A stretch of DNA of 64,000 nt, from assembly GCF_003334305.1 (NCBI RefSeq), contig NZ_QOWS01000001.1. One strand, written 5' to 3'. The notes beneath the pieces are model-generated. The model was not told the DNA's origin. It searched no databases and saw only the letters and a program-made list of their open reading frames with translations. This document shows, piece by piece, positions 27,517 to 44,575 of this stretch (position 1 is the stretch's first letter; every line of letters starts with the position of its first letter). The DNA is from Escherichia coli. Lineage in GTDB: Bacteria; Pseudomonadota; Gammaproteobacteria; Enterobacterales; Enterobacteriaceae. The position numbers and the translations under genes were made by a program.

Positions 27517-30500
27517 ATGCGGATTATCTTTCTACGCAAGGAGTATTTATCTCTACTCCCGTCAATGATTGCATCTCTTTTCTCTGCTAACGGTGTCGCG
27601 GCGGCCATTGATTTATGCCAGGGATATGATATCAAAGCGAGTTGTCACGCCAGCAGGCAAAGCCTTTCAGGCATTACGCAGGACTGGAGTGTCGCCGATG
27701 GGCAATGGCTGGTTTTTTCGGATATGACCAATAATGCCAGCGGAGGAGCCGTATTTTTGCAACAAGGAGCGGAATTTTCACTATTACCAGAAAATGAAAC
27801 TGGAATGACTCTGTTTGCCAATAACACCGTTACAGGAGAATATAATAACGGCGGGGCCATATTTGCTAAAGAAAACTCAACGCTGAATCTTACTGATGTT
27901 ATTTTTTCCGGTAACGTCGCAGGCGGCTATGGTGGCGCAATCTATTCTTCTGGTACTAACGATACTGGTGCCGTCGATTTACGTGTCACTAACGCCATGT
28001 TTCGCAATAACATCGCTAATGATGGCAAAGGTGGCGCAATTTATACCATTAATAATGACGTTTATTTAAGTGATGTTATTTTTGATAACAACCAGGCATA
28101 TACATCAACAAGTTACAGTGATGGCGATGGCGGGGCAATCGATGTTACCGATAATAATAGCGACAGCAAGCATCCTTCAGGTTATACGATAATAAATAAC
28201 ACTGCCTTTACAAATAACACTGCCGAAGGTTATGGCGGGGCGATATATACCAATAGCGCGACGGCTCCCTATCTTATTGATATTTCTGTTGATGACAGCT
28301 ACAGCCAGAACGGCGGCGTGTTAGTGGATGAGAACAACAGCGCAGCAGGCTATGGAGATGGTCCTTCCACTGCGGCGGGTGGCTTTATGTATCTCGGCTT
28401 AAGTGAAGTTACCTTTGATATTGCCGACGGAAAAACGCTGGTTATTGGCAATACAGAGAATGACGGAGCTGTTGACTCTATTGCTAGTACCGGGTTGATC
28501 ACCAAAACAGGTTCCGGCGATCTGGTACTTAATGCAGATAACAATGACTTTACTGGTGAGATGCAGATTGAAAACGGTGAAGTTACCCTGGGTCGCAGCA
28601 ACTCCCTGATGAATGTCGGCGATACGCATTGCCAGGACGATCCGCAAGACTGCTACGGTCTGACGATAGGGAGTATTGATAAGTACCAGAATCAGGCAGA
28701 GCTAAACGTTGGCTCCACCCAACAAACCTTTGTGCACTCATTGACGGGCTTTCAGAATGGCACTTTAAATATCGATGCTGGTGGCAATGTTACTGTTAAT
28801 CAAGGCAGTTTTGCTGGCACCATCGAAGGTGCTGGTCAGCTCACCATTGCGCAAAACGGCAGCTACGTGCTGTCGGGGGCGCAGTCGATGGCGCTAACCG
28901 GCGATATAGTCGTTGATGATGGTGCGGTGCTTTCGCTGGAAGGCGACGCGGCAGATCTTACCGCTCTCCAGGACGATCCGCAGTCGATCGTGTTAAACGG
29001 CGGTGTGCTCGATCTCTCTGATTTCTCCACCTGGCAGAGTGGCACATCATACAACGATGGCCTTGAAGTCAGCGGCAGCAGCGGAACGGTTATCGGCAGT
29101 CAGGATGTGGTAGATCTTGCAGGTGGAAACGATATGCATATCGGCGGTGACGGGAAAGATGGCGTCTACGTGGTGGTCGATGCGGGCGACGGGCAGGTAA
29201 GTCTGGCAAACAATAATAGTTATTTGGGCACAACACAAATCGCCTCCGGTATGCTGGAGGTGAGCGACAACTCACAGCTTGGAGATACCCACTATAACCG
29301 CCAGGTTATCTTTACCGATAAGCAACAAGAAAGCGTGATGGAGATTACTGCCAATGTCGATACTCGCTCTACGACGACTGAGCATGGGCGTGATATTGAA
29401 ATGCGCGCCGACGGTGAAGTGGCAGTTGATGCGGGGGTAGACACGCAGTGGGGCGCTCTGATGGCTGACAGCAGCGGGCAGCATCAGGATGAGGGTAGCA
29501 CATTGACTAAAACGGGGGCGGGTACGCTGGAGCTGACCGCCAGCGGTACAACGCAGTCGGCGGTACGTGTCGAAGAAGGCACCCTGAAAGGCGATGTCGC
29601 GGATATCCTTCCTTATGCTTCGTCACTGTGGGTCGGTGATGGGGCGACGTTCGTTACTGGCGCGGATCAGGATATTCAGTCTATCGATGCTACTTCCAGC
29701 GGCACTATCGATATCAGCGATGGTACGGTTTTGCGTCTGACCGGGCAGGATACTTCCGTCGCCCTTAATGCCTCATTGTTTAACGGCGATGGGACGCTGG
29801 TGAATGCTACCGATGGCGTGACGTTGACAGGTGAGCTTAATACCAACCTTGAAACTGACAGCCTGACCTATCTTGCCGACGTGACGGTTAATGGTGATCT
29901 GACCAATACGTCCGGTGCGGTTAGCCTGCAAAATGGCGTCGCTGGCGATACGCTGACGGTAAACGGTGATTATACCGGCGGCGGTACGCTACTGTTCGAC
30001 AGCGAATTAAACGGCGATGACTCGGTAAGCGATCAATTGGTGATGAACGGTAATACTGCTGGCAACACAACTGTGGTGGTTAACTCCATTACAGGGATTG
30101 GTGAGCCGACATCGACAGGCATTAAAGTGGTTGATTTCGCAGCTGATCCCACGCAGTTTCAAAACAATGCACAGTTCAGTCTGGCTGGCAGTGGCTACGT
30201 CAACATGGGAGCGTATGACTACACGCTAGTGGAAGATAACAACGACTGGTATCTGCGATCGCAAGAAGTAACGCCGCCATCGCCACCTGATCCAGACCCT
30301 GACCCAACACCCGATCCTGACCCAACACCCGATCCAATCCCCGCTTACCAGCCGGTGCTGAATGCCAAAGTTGGCGGTTATCGCAATAATCTGCGGGCGG
30401 CAAATCAGGCGTTTATGATGGAGCGACGCGATCATGCAGGTGGCAATGGTCAGACGCTGAATTTACGTGTTATCGGCGGACGTTATCATTACACGGCGGC

Positions 30501-31251
30501 AGGGCAACTGGCTCAGCATGAAGACACTTCTACGGTGCAGCTTAGCGGTGACCTGTTTAGCGGGCGCTGGGGCGATGATGGCGAGTGGATGCTTGGGGCG
30601 GTTGGTGGCTACAGTGATAATCAGGGCGAGAGCCGCTCGAATATGACCGGAACTCGCGCCGATAACCAGAACCACGGTTATGCCGTTGGGCTGACCTCAA
30701 GCTGGTATCAGCACGGTAATCAGAAGCAGGGGGCCTGGCTGGATAGCTGGCTGCAATACGCGTGGTTTAACAATGATGTTTCCGAACAAGACGATGGCAC
30801 AGATCATTACCACTCGTCGGGGATTATCGCCTCGCTGGAAGCCGGGTATCAGTGGTTACCGGGGCGTGGTGTGGTGATTGAACCGCAGGCGCAGGTGATT
30901 TATCAGGGCGTGCAGCAGGATGATTTTACCGCCGCTAACCATGCGCGCGTGTCACAATCGCAGGGGGATGATATTCAGACGCGGCTGGGTTTACACAGCG
31001 AATGGCGTACCGCGGTTGGTGTCACACCAACATTAGATCTGAATTATTATCACGATCCCCATGCGACGGAAATTGAAGAAGATGGCAGCACTATCAGTGA
31101 CGATGCGGTGAAGCGACGGGGTGAAATAAAAGTGGGAGTCACGGGCAATATCAGTCAGCGAGTGTCCCTGCGCGGCAGCGTGGCGTGGCAGAAAGGGAGT
31201 GATGATTTTGCCCAGACGGCAGGGTTTTTGTCGATGACGGTGAAATGGTAA
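27517..31251 (+). CDS. yfaL: AIDA-I-type autotransporter adhesin YfaL (1244 aa)
   Basis: N-terminal signal peptide, repeated GGAIY/GGAI passenger motifs (beta-helix), Pro/Asp/Thr linker, C-terminal beta-barrel ending in W. Confidence 0.92.
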   Translation: MRIIFLRKEYLSLLPSMIASLFSANGVAAAIDLCQGYDIKASCHASRQSLSGITQDWSVADGQWLVFSDMTNNASGGAVFLQQGAEFSLLPENETGMTLFANNTVTGEYNNGGAIFAKENSTLNLTDVIFSGNVAGGYGGAIYSSGTNDTGAVDLRVTNAMFRNNIANDGKGGAIYTINNDVYLSDVIFDNNQAYTSTSYSDGDGGAIDVTDNNSDSKHPSGYTIINNTAFTNNTAEGYGGAIYTNSATAPYLIDISVDDSYSQNGGVLVDENNSAAGYGDGPSTAAGGFMYLGLSEVTFDIADGKTLVIGNTENDGAVDSIASTGLITKTGSGDLVLNADNNDFTGEMQIENGEVTLGRSNSLMNVGDTHCQDDPQDCYGLTIGSIDKYQNQAELNVGSTQQTFVHSLTGFQNGTLNIDAGGNVTVNQGSFAGTIEGAGQLTIAQNGSYVLSGAQSMALTGDIVVDDGAVLSLEGDAADLTALQDDPQSIVLNGGVLDLSDFSTWQSGTSYNDGLEVSGSSGTVIGSQDVVDLAGGNDMHIGGDGKDGVYVVVDAGDGQVSLANNNSYLGTTQIASGMLEVSDNSQLGDTHYNRQVIFTDKQQESVMEITANVDTRSTTTEHGRDIEMRADGEVAVDAGVDTQWGALMADSSGQHQDEGSTLTKTGAGTLELTASGTTQSAVRVEEGTLKGDVADILPYASSLWVGDGATFVTGADQDIQSIDATSSGTIDISDGTVLRLTGQDTSVALNASLFNGDGTLVNATDGVTLTGELNTNLETDSLTYLADVTVNGDLTNTSGAVSLQNGVAGDTLTVNGDYTGGGTLLFDSELNGDDSVSDQLVMNGNTAGNTTVVVNSITGIGEPTSTGIKVVDFAADPTQFQNNAQFSLAGSGYVNMGAYDYTLVEDNNDWYLRSQEVTPPSPPDPDPDPTPDPDPTPDPIPAYQPVLNAKVGGYRNNLRAANQAFMMERRDHAGGNGQTLNLRVIGGRYHYTAAGQLAQHEDTSTVQLSGDLFSGRWGDDGEWMLGAVGGYSDNQGESRSNMTGTRADNQNHGYAVGLTSSWYQHGNQKQGAWLDSWLQYAWFNNDVSEQDDGTDHYHSSGIIASLEAGYQWLPGRGVVIEPQAQVIYQGVQQDDFTAANHARVSQSQGDDIQTRLGLHSEWRTAVGVTPTLDLNYYHDPHATEIEEDGSTISDDAVKRRGEIKVGVTGNISQRVSLRGSVAWQKGSDDFAQTAGFLSMTVKW
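30286..30340 (+). repeat. tandem 18-bp repeat cctgacccaacacccgat (x2 plus degenerate copy) encoding PDPDPT linker
   Basis: Perfect copies at 30298..30315 and 30316..30333, confirmed by periodicity in the antisense ORF (IGCWVR x2). Confidence 0.8.
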
Positions 31252-31273
31252 TCACTGTCTAGTCGGCACGGTT

Positions 31274-31355
<82 letters not shown>

Positions 31356-31378
31356 ATTGGCTCGGCCAAACAACAACC

Positions 31379-32101
31379 TCACTTATTCTGCGTGTGCAGC
31401 ATATAGTTCACATCCACGCCGGGGCCGAGTTTAAAAGTATTAGTGATCGGGTTGTAATGTAGCCCGGTTATATGTCGCTCTTTAAGGCTTGTCTGATCTA
31501 CCCAGCCAAGCAGTTCTGCCGGTTTAATAAACTTCTTCACATCATGCGTGCCTTTGGGCACCATGCGCAAAATATATTCCGCGCCAACCACCGCCATCAG
31601 CCATGACTTGCCGTTGCGGTTAAGCGTCGAGAAAAAGACATCGCCGCCCGGTTTCACCAGTTGCGCACAGGCTCTGACCACTGACTGCGGATCGGGGACG
31701 TGCTCCAGCATCTCCATGCAGGTCACCACATCATACTGCCCGGCATGTTTTGCCGCGTGCTCTTCCACGGTTTCCTGCACGTAATCCACCTGAATGCCGC
31801 TTTCCAGTGCGTGCAGTTTTGCCACCTGCAATGGCTCAAAGCCCATATCCAGACCGGTCACCGTCGCGCCTTCGCGCGCCATACTCTCGGCCAGAATGCC
31901 GCCGCCACAACCGACATCGAGCACCTTTTTGCCAAATAAACCGCCAGCACGCTCGGCAATATAGCCCAGACGCAGCGGGTTAATGCGGTGCAGCGGTTTG
32001 AACTCACCTTCCAGATCCCACCAGCGGGAGGCGACGGCTTCAAATTTAGCGATCTCTTCGTGGTCTACGTTATGGTTTACCGGCGATTTTTCGGCATTCA
32101 T
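31379..32101 (-). CDS. ubiG: ubiquinone biosynthesis O-methyltransferase (240 aa)
   Basis: Start [20 protein letters not shown] at residue 17 of track ORF; SAM-binding motif VLDVGCGGG. Confidence 0.93.
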
Positions 32102-32247
32102 TAGCACTTCTACTCCGTAATTGGCAAGACAAACGAGTATATCAGGCATTGGATGTGAATAAAGCGTATAGGTTTACCTCAAACTGCGCGGCTGTGTTAT
32201 AATTTGCGACCTTTGAATCCGGGATACAGTAGAGGGATAGCGGTTAG

Positions 32248-34875
32248 ATGAGCGACCTTGCGAGAGAAATTACACCGGTCAACATTGAGGAAGAGCTGAA
32301 GAGCTCCTATCTGGATTATGCGATGTCGGTCATTGTTGGCCGTGCGCTGCCAGATGTCCGAGATGGCCTGAAGCCGGTACACCGTCGCGTACTTTACGCC
32401 ATGAACGTACTAGGCAATGACTGGAACAAAGCCTATAAAAAATCTGCCCGTGTCGTTGGTGACGTAATCGGTAAATACCATCCCCATGGTGACTCGGCGG
32501 TTTATGACACGATCGTCCGTATGGCGCAGCCATTCTCGCTGCGTTACATGCTGGTAGACGGTCAGGGTAACTTCGGTTCCATCGACGGCGACTCTGCGGC
32601 GGCAATGCGTTATACGGAAATCCGTCTGGCGAAAATTGCCCATGAACTGATGGCCGATCTCGAAAAAGAGACGGTCGATTTCGTTGATAACTATGACGGC
32701 ACGGAAAAAATTCCCGACGTCATGCCAACCAAAATTCCTAACCTGCTGGTGAACGGTTCTTCCGGTATCGCCGTAGGTATGGCAACCAACATCCCGCCGC
32801 ACAACCTGACGGAAGTCATCAACGGTTGTCTGGCGTATATCGATGATGAAGACATCAGCATTGAAGGGCTGATGGAACACATCCCGGGGCCGGACTTCCC
32901 GACGGCGGCAATCATTAACGGTCGTCGCGGTATTGAAGAAGCTTACCGTACCGGTCGCGGCAAGGTGTATATCCGCGCTCGCGCAGAAGTGGAAGTTGAC
33001 GCCAAAACCGGTCGTGAAACCATTATCGTCCACGAAATTCCGTATCAGGTAAACAAAGCGCGCCTGATCGAGAAGATTGCGGAACTGGTAAAAGAAAAAC
33101 GCGTGGAAGGCATCAGCGCGCTGCGTGACGAGTCTGACAAAGACGGTATGCGCATCGTGATTGAAGTGAAACGCGATGCGGTCGGTGAAGTTGTGCTCAA
33201 CAACCTCTACTCCCAGACCCAGTTGCAGGTTTCTTTCGGTATCAACATGGTGGCATTGCACCATGGTCAGCCGAAGATCATGAACCTGAAAGACATCATC
33301 GCGGCGTTTGTTCGTCACCGCCGTGAAGTGGTGACCCGTCGTACTATTTTCGAACTGCGTAAAGCTCGCGATCGTGCTCATATCCTTGAAGCATTAGCCG
33401 TGGCGCTGGCGAACATCGACCCGATCATCGAACTGATCCGTCATGCGCCGACGCCTGCAGAAGCGAAAACTGCGCTGGTTGCTAATCCGTGGCAGCTGGG
33501 CAACGTTGCCGCGATGCTCGAACGTGCTGGCGACGATGCTGCGCGTCCGGAATGGCTGGAGCCAGAGTTCGGCGTGCGTGATGGTCTGTACTACCTGACC
33601 GAACAGCAAGCTCAGGCGATTCTGGATCTGCGTTTGCAGAAACTGACCGGCCTTGAGCACGAAAAACTGCTCGACGAATACAAAGAGCTGCTGGATCAGA
33701 TCGCGGAACTGTTGCGTATTCTTGGTAGCGCCGATCGTTTGATGGAAGTGATCCGTGAAGAGCTGGAGCTGGTTCGTGAACAGTTCGGTGACAAACGTCG
33801 TACTGAAATCACCGCCAACAGCGCAGACATCAACCTGGAAGATCTGATCACTCAGGAAGATGTGGTAGTGACGCTCTCTCACCAGGGCTACGTTAAGTAT
33901 CAGCCGCTTTCTGAATACGAAGCGCAGCGTCGTGGCGGGAAAGGTAAATCTGCCGCACGTATTAAAGAAGAAGACTTTATCGACCGACTGCTGGTGGCGA
34001 ACACTCACGACCATATTCTGTGCTTCTCCAGCCGTGGTCGCGTCTATTCGATGAAAGTTTATCAGTTGCCGGAAGCCACTCGTGGCGCGCGCGGTCGTCC
34101 GATCGTCAACCTGCTGCCGCTGGAGCAGGACGAACGTATCACTGCGATCCTGCCAGTGACCGAGTTTGAAGAAGGCGTGAAAGTCTTCATGGCGACCGCT
34201 AACGGTACCGTGAAGAAAACTGTCCTCACCGAGTTCAACCGTCTGCGTACCGCCGGTAAAGTGGCGATCAAACTGGTTGACGGCGATGAGCTGATCGGCG
34301 TTGACCTGACCAGCGGCGAAGACGAAGTAATGCTGTTCTCCGCTGAAGGTAAAGTGGTGCGCTTTAAAGAGTCTTCTGTCCGTGCGATGGGCTGCAACAC
34401 CACCGGTGTTCGCGGTATTCGCTTAGGTGAAGGCGATAAAGTCGTCTCTCTGATCGTGCCTCGTGGCGATGGCGCAATCCTCACCGCAACGCAAAACGGT
34501 TACGGTAAACGTACCGCAGTGGCGGAATACCCAACCAAGTCGCGTGCGACGAAAGGGGTTATCTCCATCAAGGTTACCGAACGTAACGGTTTAGTTGTTG
34601 GCGCGGTACAGGTAGATGACTGCGACCAGATCATGATGATCACCGATGCCGGTACGCTGGTACGTACTCGCGTTTCGGAAATCAGCATCGTAGGCCGTAA
34701 CACCCAGGGCGTGATCCTCATCCGTACTGCGGAAGATGAAAACGTAGTGGGTCTGCAACGTGTTGCTGAACCGGTTGACGAGGAAGATCTGGATACCATC
34801 GATGGCAGTGCCGCGGAAGGGGACGATGAAATCGCTCCGGAAGTGGACGTTGACGACGAGCCAGAAGAAGAATAA
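32248..34875 (+). CDS. gyrA: DNA gyrase subunit A (875 aa); QRDR wild-type at Ser83 (TCG) and Asp87 (GAC)
   Basis: Matches recalled GyrA from [47 protein letters not shown]; active-site Tyr122 region; acidic C-terminal tail. Confidence 0.97.
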
Positions 34876-34896
34876 TTTTACTTCTTCATGCCAAAA

Positions 34897-34953
34897 GGGA
34901 GCTATCTCCCTTGTTTGAATTGAAAAGTCCAGGCTGCAAAGTCTGGGCTTTTG
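34897..34953 (+). terminator. putative gyrA terminator region (hairpin gggag-ctat-ctccc followed by ttgttt)
   Basis: Stem-loop 22 nt after gyrA stop followed by T-rich tract; second weaker hairpin and T-run downstream. Confidence 0.45.
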
Positions 34954-35023
34954 TCGTATTAGGGCACGGTAAAGTTTGGCTGTGCCCGTAAAAAATGGCT
35001 GGCTATACACAAGGAATGTGGCA

Positions 35024-41870
<6,847 letters not shown>

Positions 41871-43520
41871 GTGAACTGGCGCAGAATCGTCTGGCTATTG
41901 GCGTTGGTTACTCTGCCAACGCTTGCGGAGGAGACGCCGTTACAACTGGTGCTGCGCGGTGCGCAGCACGATCAACTGTATCAGCTGTCGTCATCAGGCG
42001 TGACCAAAGTCTCAGCATTACCTGACTCGCTCACCACGCCGTTAGGGAGTTTGTGGAAACTGTATGTTTACGCCTGGCTGGAGGATACCCATCAACCGGA
42101 GCAGCCCTACCAGTGTCGCGGAAACTCCCCGGAAGAGGTTTATTGTTGTCAGGCTGGGGAGAGCATAACGCGCGATACCGCGCTGGTACGTTCCTGTGGG
42201 CTCTATTTTGCGCCGCAGCGGTTGCATATTGGCGCAGATGTGTGGGGGCAATACTGGCAACAGCGTCAGGCACCTGCGTGGTTAGCGTCTCTGCCTACGC
42301 TGAAGCCAGAAACCTCGGTAACGGTTAAATCGCTGCTTGATTCATTAGCGACGTTACCCGCGCAAAACAAAGCTCAGGAAGTCTTACTGGATGTGGTGCT
42401 GGACGAGGCGAAAATCGGTGTCGCATCCATGCTCGGTAGTCGGGTACGGGTGAAAACCTGGAGCTGGTTTGCCGATGATAAACAGGAAATCCGTCAGGGT
42501 GGTTTTGCTGGCTGGTTAACCGATGGTACACCGCTGTGGGTTACTGGCAGTGGCACCAGCAAAACGGTACTAACCCGTTATGCGACGGTGCTTAATCGGG
42601 TTTTGCCAGTGCCGACGCAGGTTGCCAGTGGGCAATGTGTAGAGGTGGAGCTGTTTGCCCGCTATCCGCTGAAGAAAATCACAGCGGAGAAGAGTACGAC
42701 GGCAGTAAAACCCGGCGTACTTAATGGGCGCTATCGTGTGACGTTTACCAATGGTAACCACATTACGTTTGTCAGCCACGGTGAGACGACCTTACTGAGC
42801 GAAAAGAGCAAACTGAAATTGCAGTCGCATCTCGATCGTGAAGAGTACGTTGCCAGAGTTCTGGATCGCGAGGCGAAAAGTACGCCCCCTGAGGCAGCGA
42901 AAGCCATGACCGTGGCGATTCGCACTTTTTTACAGCAAAACGCCAATCGGGAAGGCGATTGCCTGACCATCCCCGACAGCAGCGCCACGCAGCGTGTTTC
43001 TGCTTCGCCAGCGACCACGGGGGCGCGAACGATGACCGCCTGGACGCAGGATCTCATCTATGCAGGCGATCCGGTTCATTATCATGGCAGTCGCGCTACC
43101 GAAGGGACACTTTCCTGGCGGCAAGCCACGGCCCAGGCGGGGCAGGGGGAGCGTTACGACCAGATACTCGCGTTTGCTTATCCCGACAACAGCCTTAGCC
43201 GCTGGGGAGCGCCACGCTCAACCTGCCAGTTATTACCCAAAGCGAAAGCCTGGCTGGCGAAAAAAATGCCGCAGTGGCGGCGTATATTACAAGCTGAGAC
43301 GGGGTACAACGAACCAGACGTGTTTGCGGTTTGCCGTTTAGTCTCAGGTTTCCCCTATACCGATCGGCAGCAGAAACGGCTGTTTATTCGTAACTTCTTT
43401 ACGCTTCAGGATCGGCTGGATTTAACCCATGAGTATCTGCACCTGGCCTTTGATGGTTATCCCACCGGGCTTGATGAGAACTATATCGAAACGCTGACCC
43501 GACAATTATTAATGGACTAA
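41871..43520 (+). CDS. yfaQ: DUF2300-family secreted protein YfaQ (549 aa, GTG start)
   Basis: GTG start directly after yfaS stop with aggtga SD; signal peptide MNWRRIVWLLALVTLPTLA. Confidence 0.85.
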   Translation: MNWRRIVWLLALVTLPTLAEETPLQLVLRGAQHDQLYQLSSSGVTKVSALPDSLTTPLGSLWKLYVYAWLEDTHQPEQPYQCRGNSPEEVYCCQAGESITRDTALVRSCGLYFAPQRLHIGADVWGQYWQQRQAPAWLASLPTLKPETSVTVKSLLDSLATLPAQNKAQEVLLDVVLDEAKIGVASMLGSRVRVKTWSWFADDKQEIRQGGFAGWLTDGTPLWVTGSGTSKTVLTRYATVLNRVLPVPTQVASGQCVEVELFARYPLKKITAEKSTTAVKPGVLNGRYRVTFTNGNHITFVSHGETTLLSEKSKLKLQSHLDREEYVARVLDREAKSTPPEAAKAMTVAIRTFLQQNANREGDCLTIPDSSATQRVSASPATTGARTMTAWTQDLIYAGDPVHYHGSRATEGTLSWRQATAQAGQGERYDQILAFAYPDNSLSRWGAPRSTCQLLPKAKAWLAKKMPQWRRILQAETGYNEPDVFAVCRLVSGFPYTDRQQKRLFIRNFFTLQDRLDLTHEYLHLAFDGYPTGLDENYIETLTRQLLMD

Positions 43521-43524
43521 TGCT

Positions 43525-44301
43525 ATGCGAAAGATTTTTCTTCCGTTGTTACTGGTGGCACTTTCGCCTGTCGTTCACAGTGAAGGTGTGCAGGAAGTCG
43601 AGATTGACGCACCGCTCTCTGGCTGGCATCCGGCAGAGGGCGAAGATGCCAGTTTTTCACAATCGATCAATTACCCGGCGTCGTCCGTCAACATGGCAGA
43701 TGATCAAAATATCTCAGCGCAGATCCGCGGCAAAATAAAGAATTATGCTGCGGCGGGTAAAGTTCAGCAGGGCCGGCTGGTGGTCAACGGTGCCAGTATG
43801 CCGCAGAGAGTTGAATCCGATGGTTCATTTGCACGCCCTTATATTTTCACTGAAGGCAGCAACAGCGTGCAGGTCATCAGCCCGGATGGGCAAAGCCGAC
43901 AAAAAATGCAGTTTTACTCAATGCCGGGTACAGGAACGATTCGTGCACGTTTACGGCTAGTTCTCTCGTGGGATACGGACAATACCGATCTCGATCTCCA
44001 TGTTGTCACGCCCGATGGCGAACACGCCTGGTACGGTAACACCGTGCTGAAAAACAGTGGTGCACTGGATATGGATGTCACGACGGGGTACGGACCCGAG
44101 ATTTTCGCCATGCCAGCACCAGTTCACGGGCGCTATCAGGTGTATATCAACTACTATGGTGGGCGCAGCGAAACGGAATTGACGACCGCCCAACTGACGC
44201 TGATCACCGATGAAGGATCGGTCAATGAGAAACAGGAAACATTTATTGTACCGATGCGTAATGCTGGCGAGCTGACGCTGGTGAAAAGTTTTGACTGGTG
44301 A
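43525..44301 (+). CDS. yfaP: DUF2135-family secreted protein YfaP (258 aa)
   Basis: Signal peptide MRKIFLPLLLVALSPVVHS; 4-nt gap after yfaQ. Confidence 0.85.
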   Translation: MRKIFLPLLLVALSPVVHSEGVQEVEIDAPLSGWHPAEGEDASFSQSINYPASSVNMADDQNISAQIRGKIKNYAAAGKVQQGRLVVNGASMPQRVESDGSFARPYIFTEGSNSVQVISPDGQSRQKMQFYSMPGTGTIRARLRLVLSWDTDNTDLDLHVVTPDGEHAWYGNTVLKNSGALDMDVTTGYGPEIFAMPAPVHGRYQVYINYYGGRSETELTTAQLTLITDEGSVNEKQETFIVPMRNAGELTLVKSFDW

Positions 44302-44355
44302 TCCATCCCTTCACACAACCTGGCTCTCTCTTTTTTCAGATAAGACTGCTGGGCG

Positions 44356-44399
44356 ATCTGCCGACGCCAGGATATAACCATTAACAAGCGTCGGCAGAT
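44356..44399. other. 12-bp perfect inverted repeat hairpin (atctgccgacgc ... gcgtcggcagat, 20-nt loop) in yfaP-rcsC intergenic region
   Basis: Coordinates confirmed by offset from yfaP stop; lies where K-12 carries the ato operon. Confidence 0.6.
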
Positions 44400-44575
44400 T
44401 GGTCATTTCTTATTTTTCGTACTGAGAACTGTCCATCTACTCCGGCTTTCCTGGTTAAGGCAATGGTTTCTAAGCGATACGCATTATTGCAATGGTGACA
44501 GAACATTGCGGTAACACGCTTTTACCGCTACCTTAACCACACTCCATCGGTCACCTGAGGCGGAGCTTCGCCCCT

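Noticed and set aside
27517-31251. Very large secreted repeat protein considered as a novel toxin or polymorphic effector
   Set aside because: Architecture (signal peptide, GGAI-repeat beta-helix passenger, Pro-rich linker, C-terminal beta-barrel) is that of the known autotransporter adhesin YfaL at its usual position between nrdA and ubiG.
44302-44575. yfaP-rcsC junction considered as an insertion-sequence remnant
   Set aside because: No transposase-like reading frame, no terminal inverted repeats typical of IS elements and no target-site duplication; the single hairpin is equally explained as a terminator.
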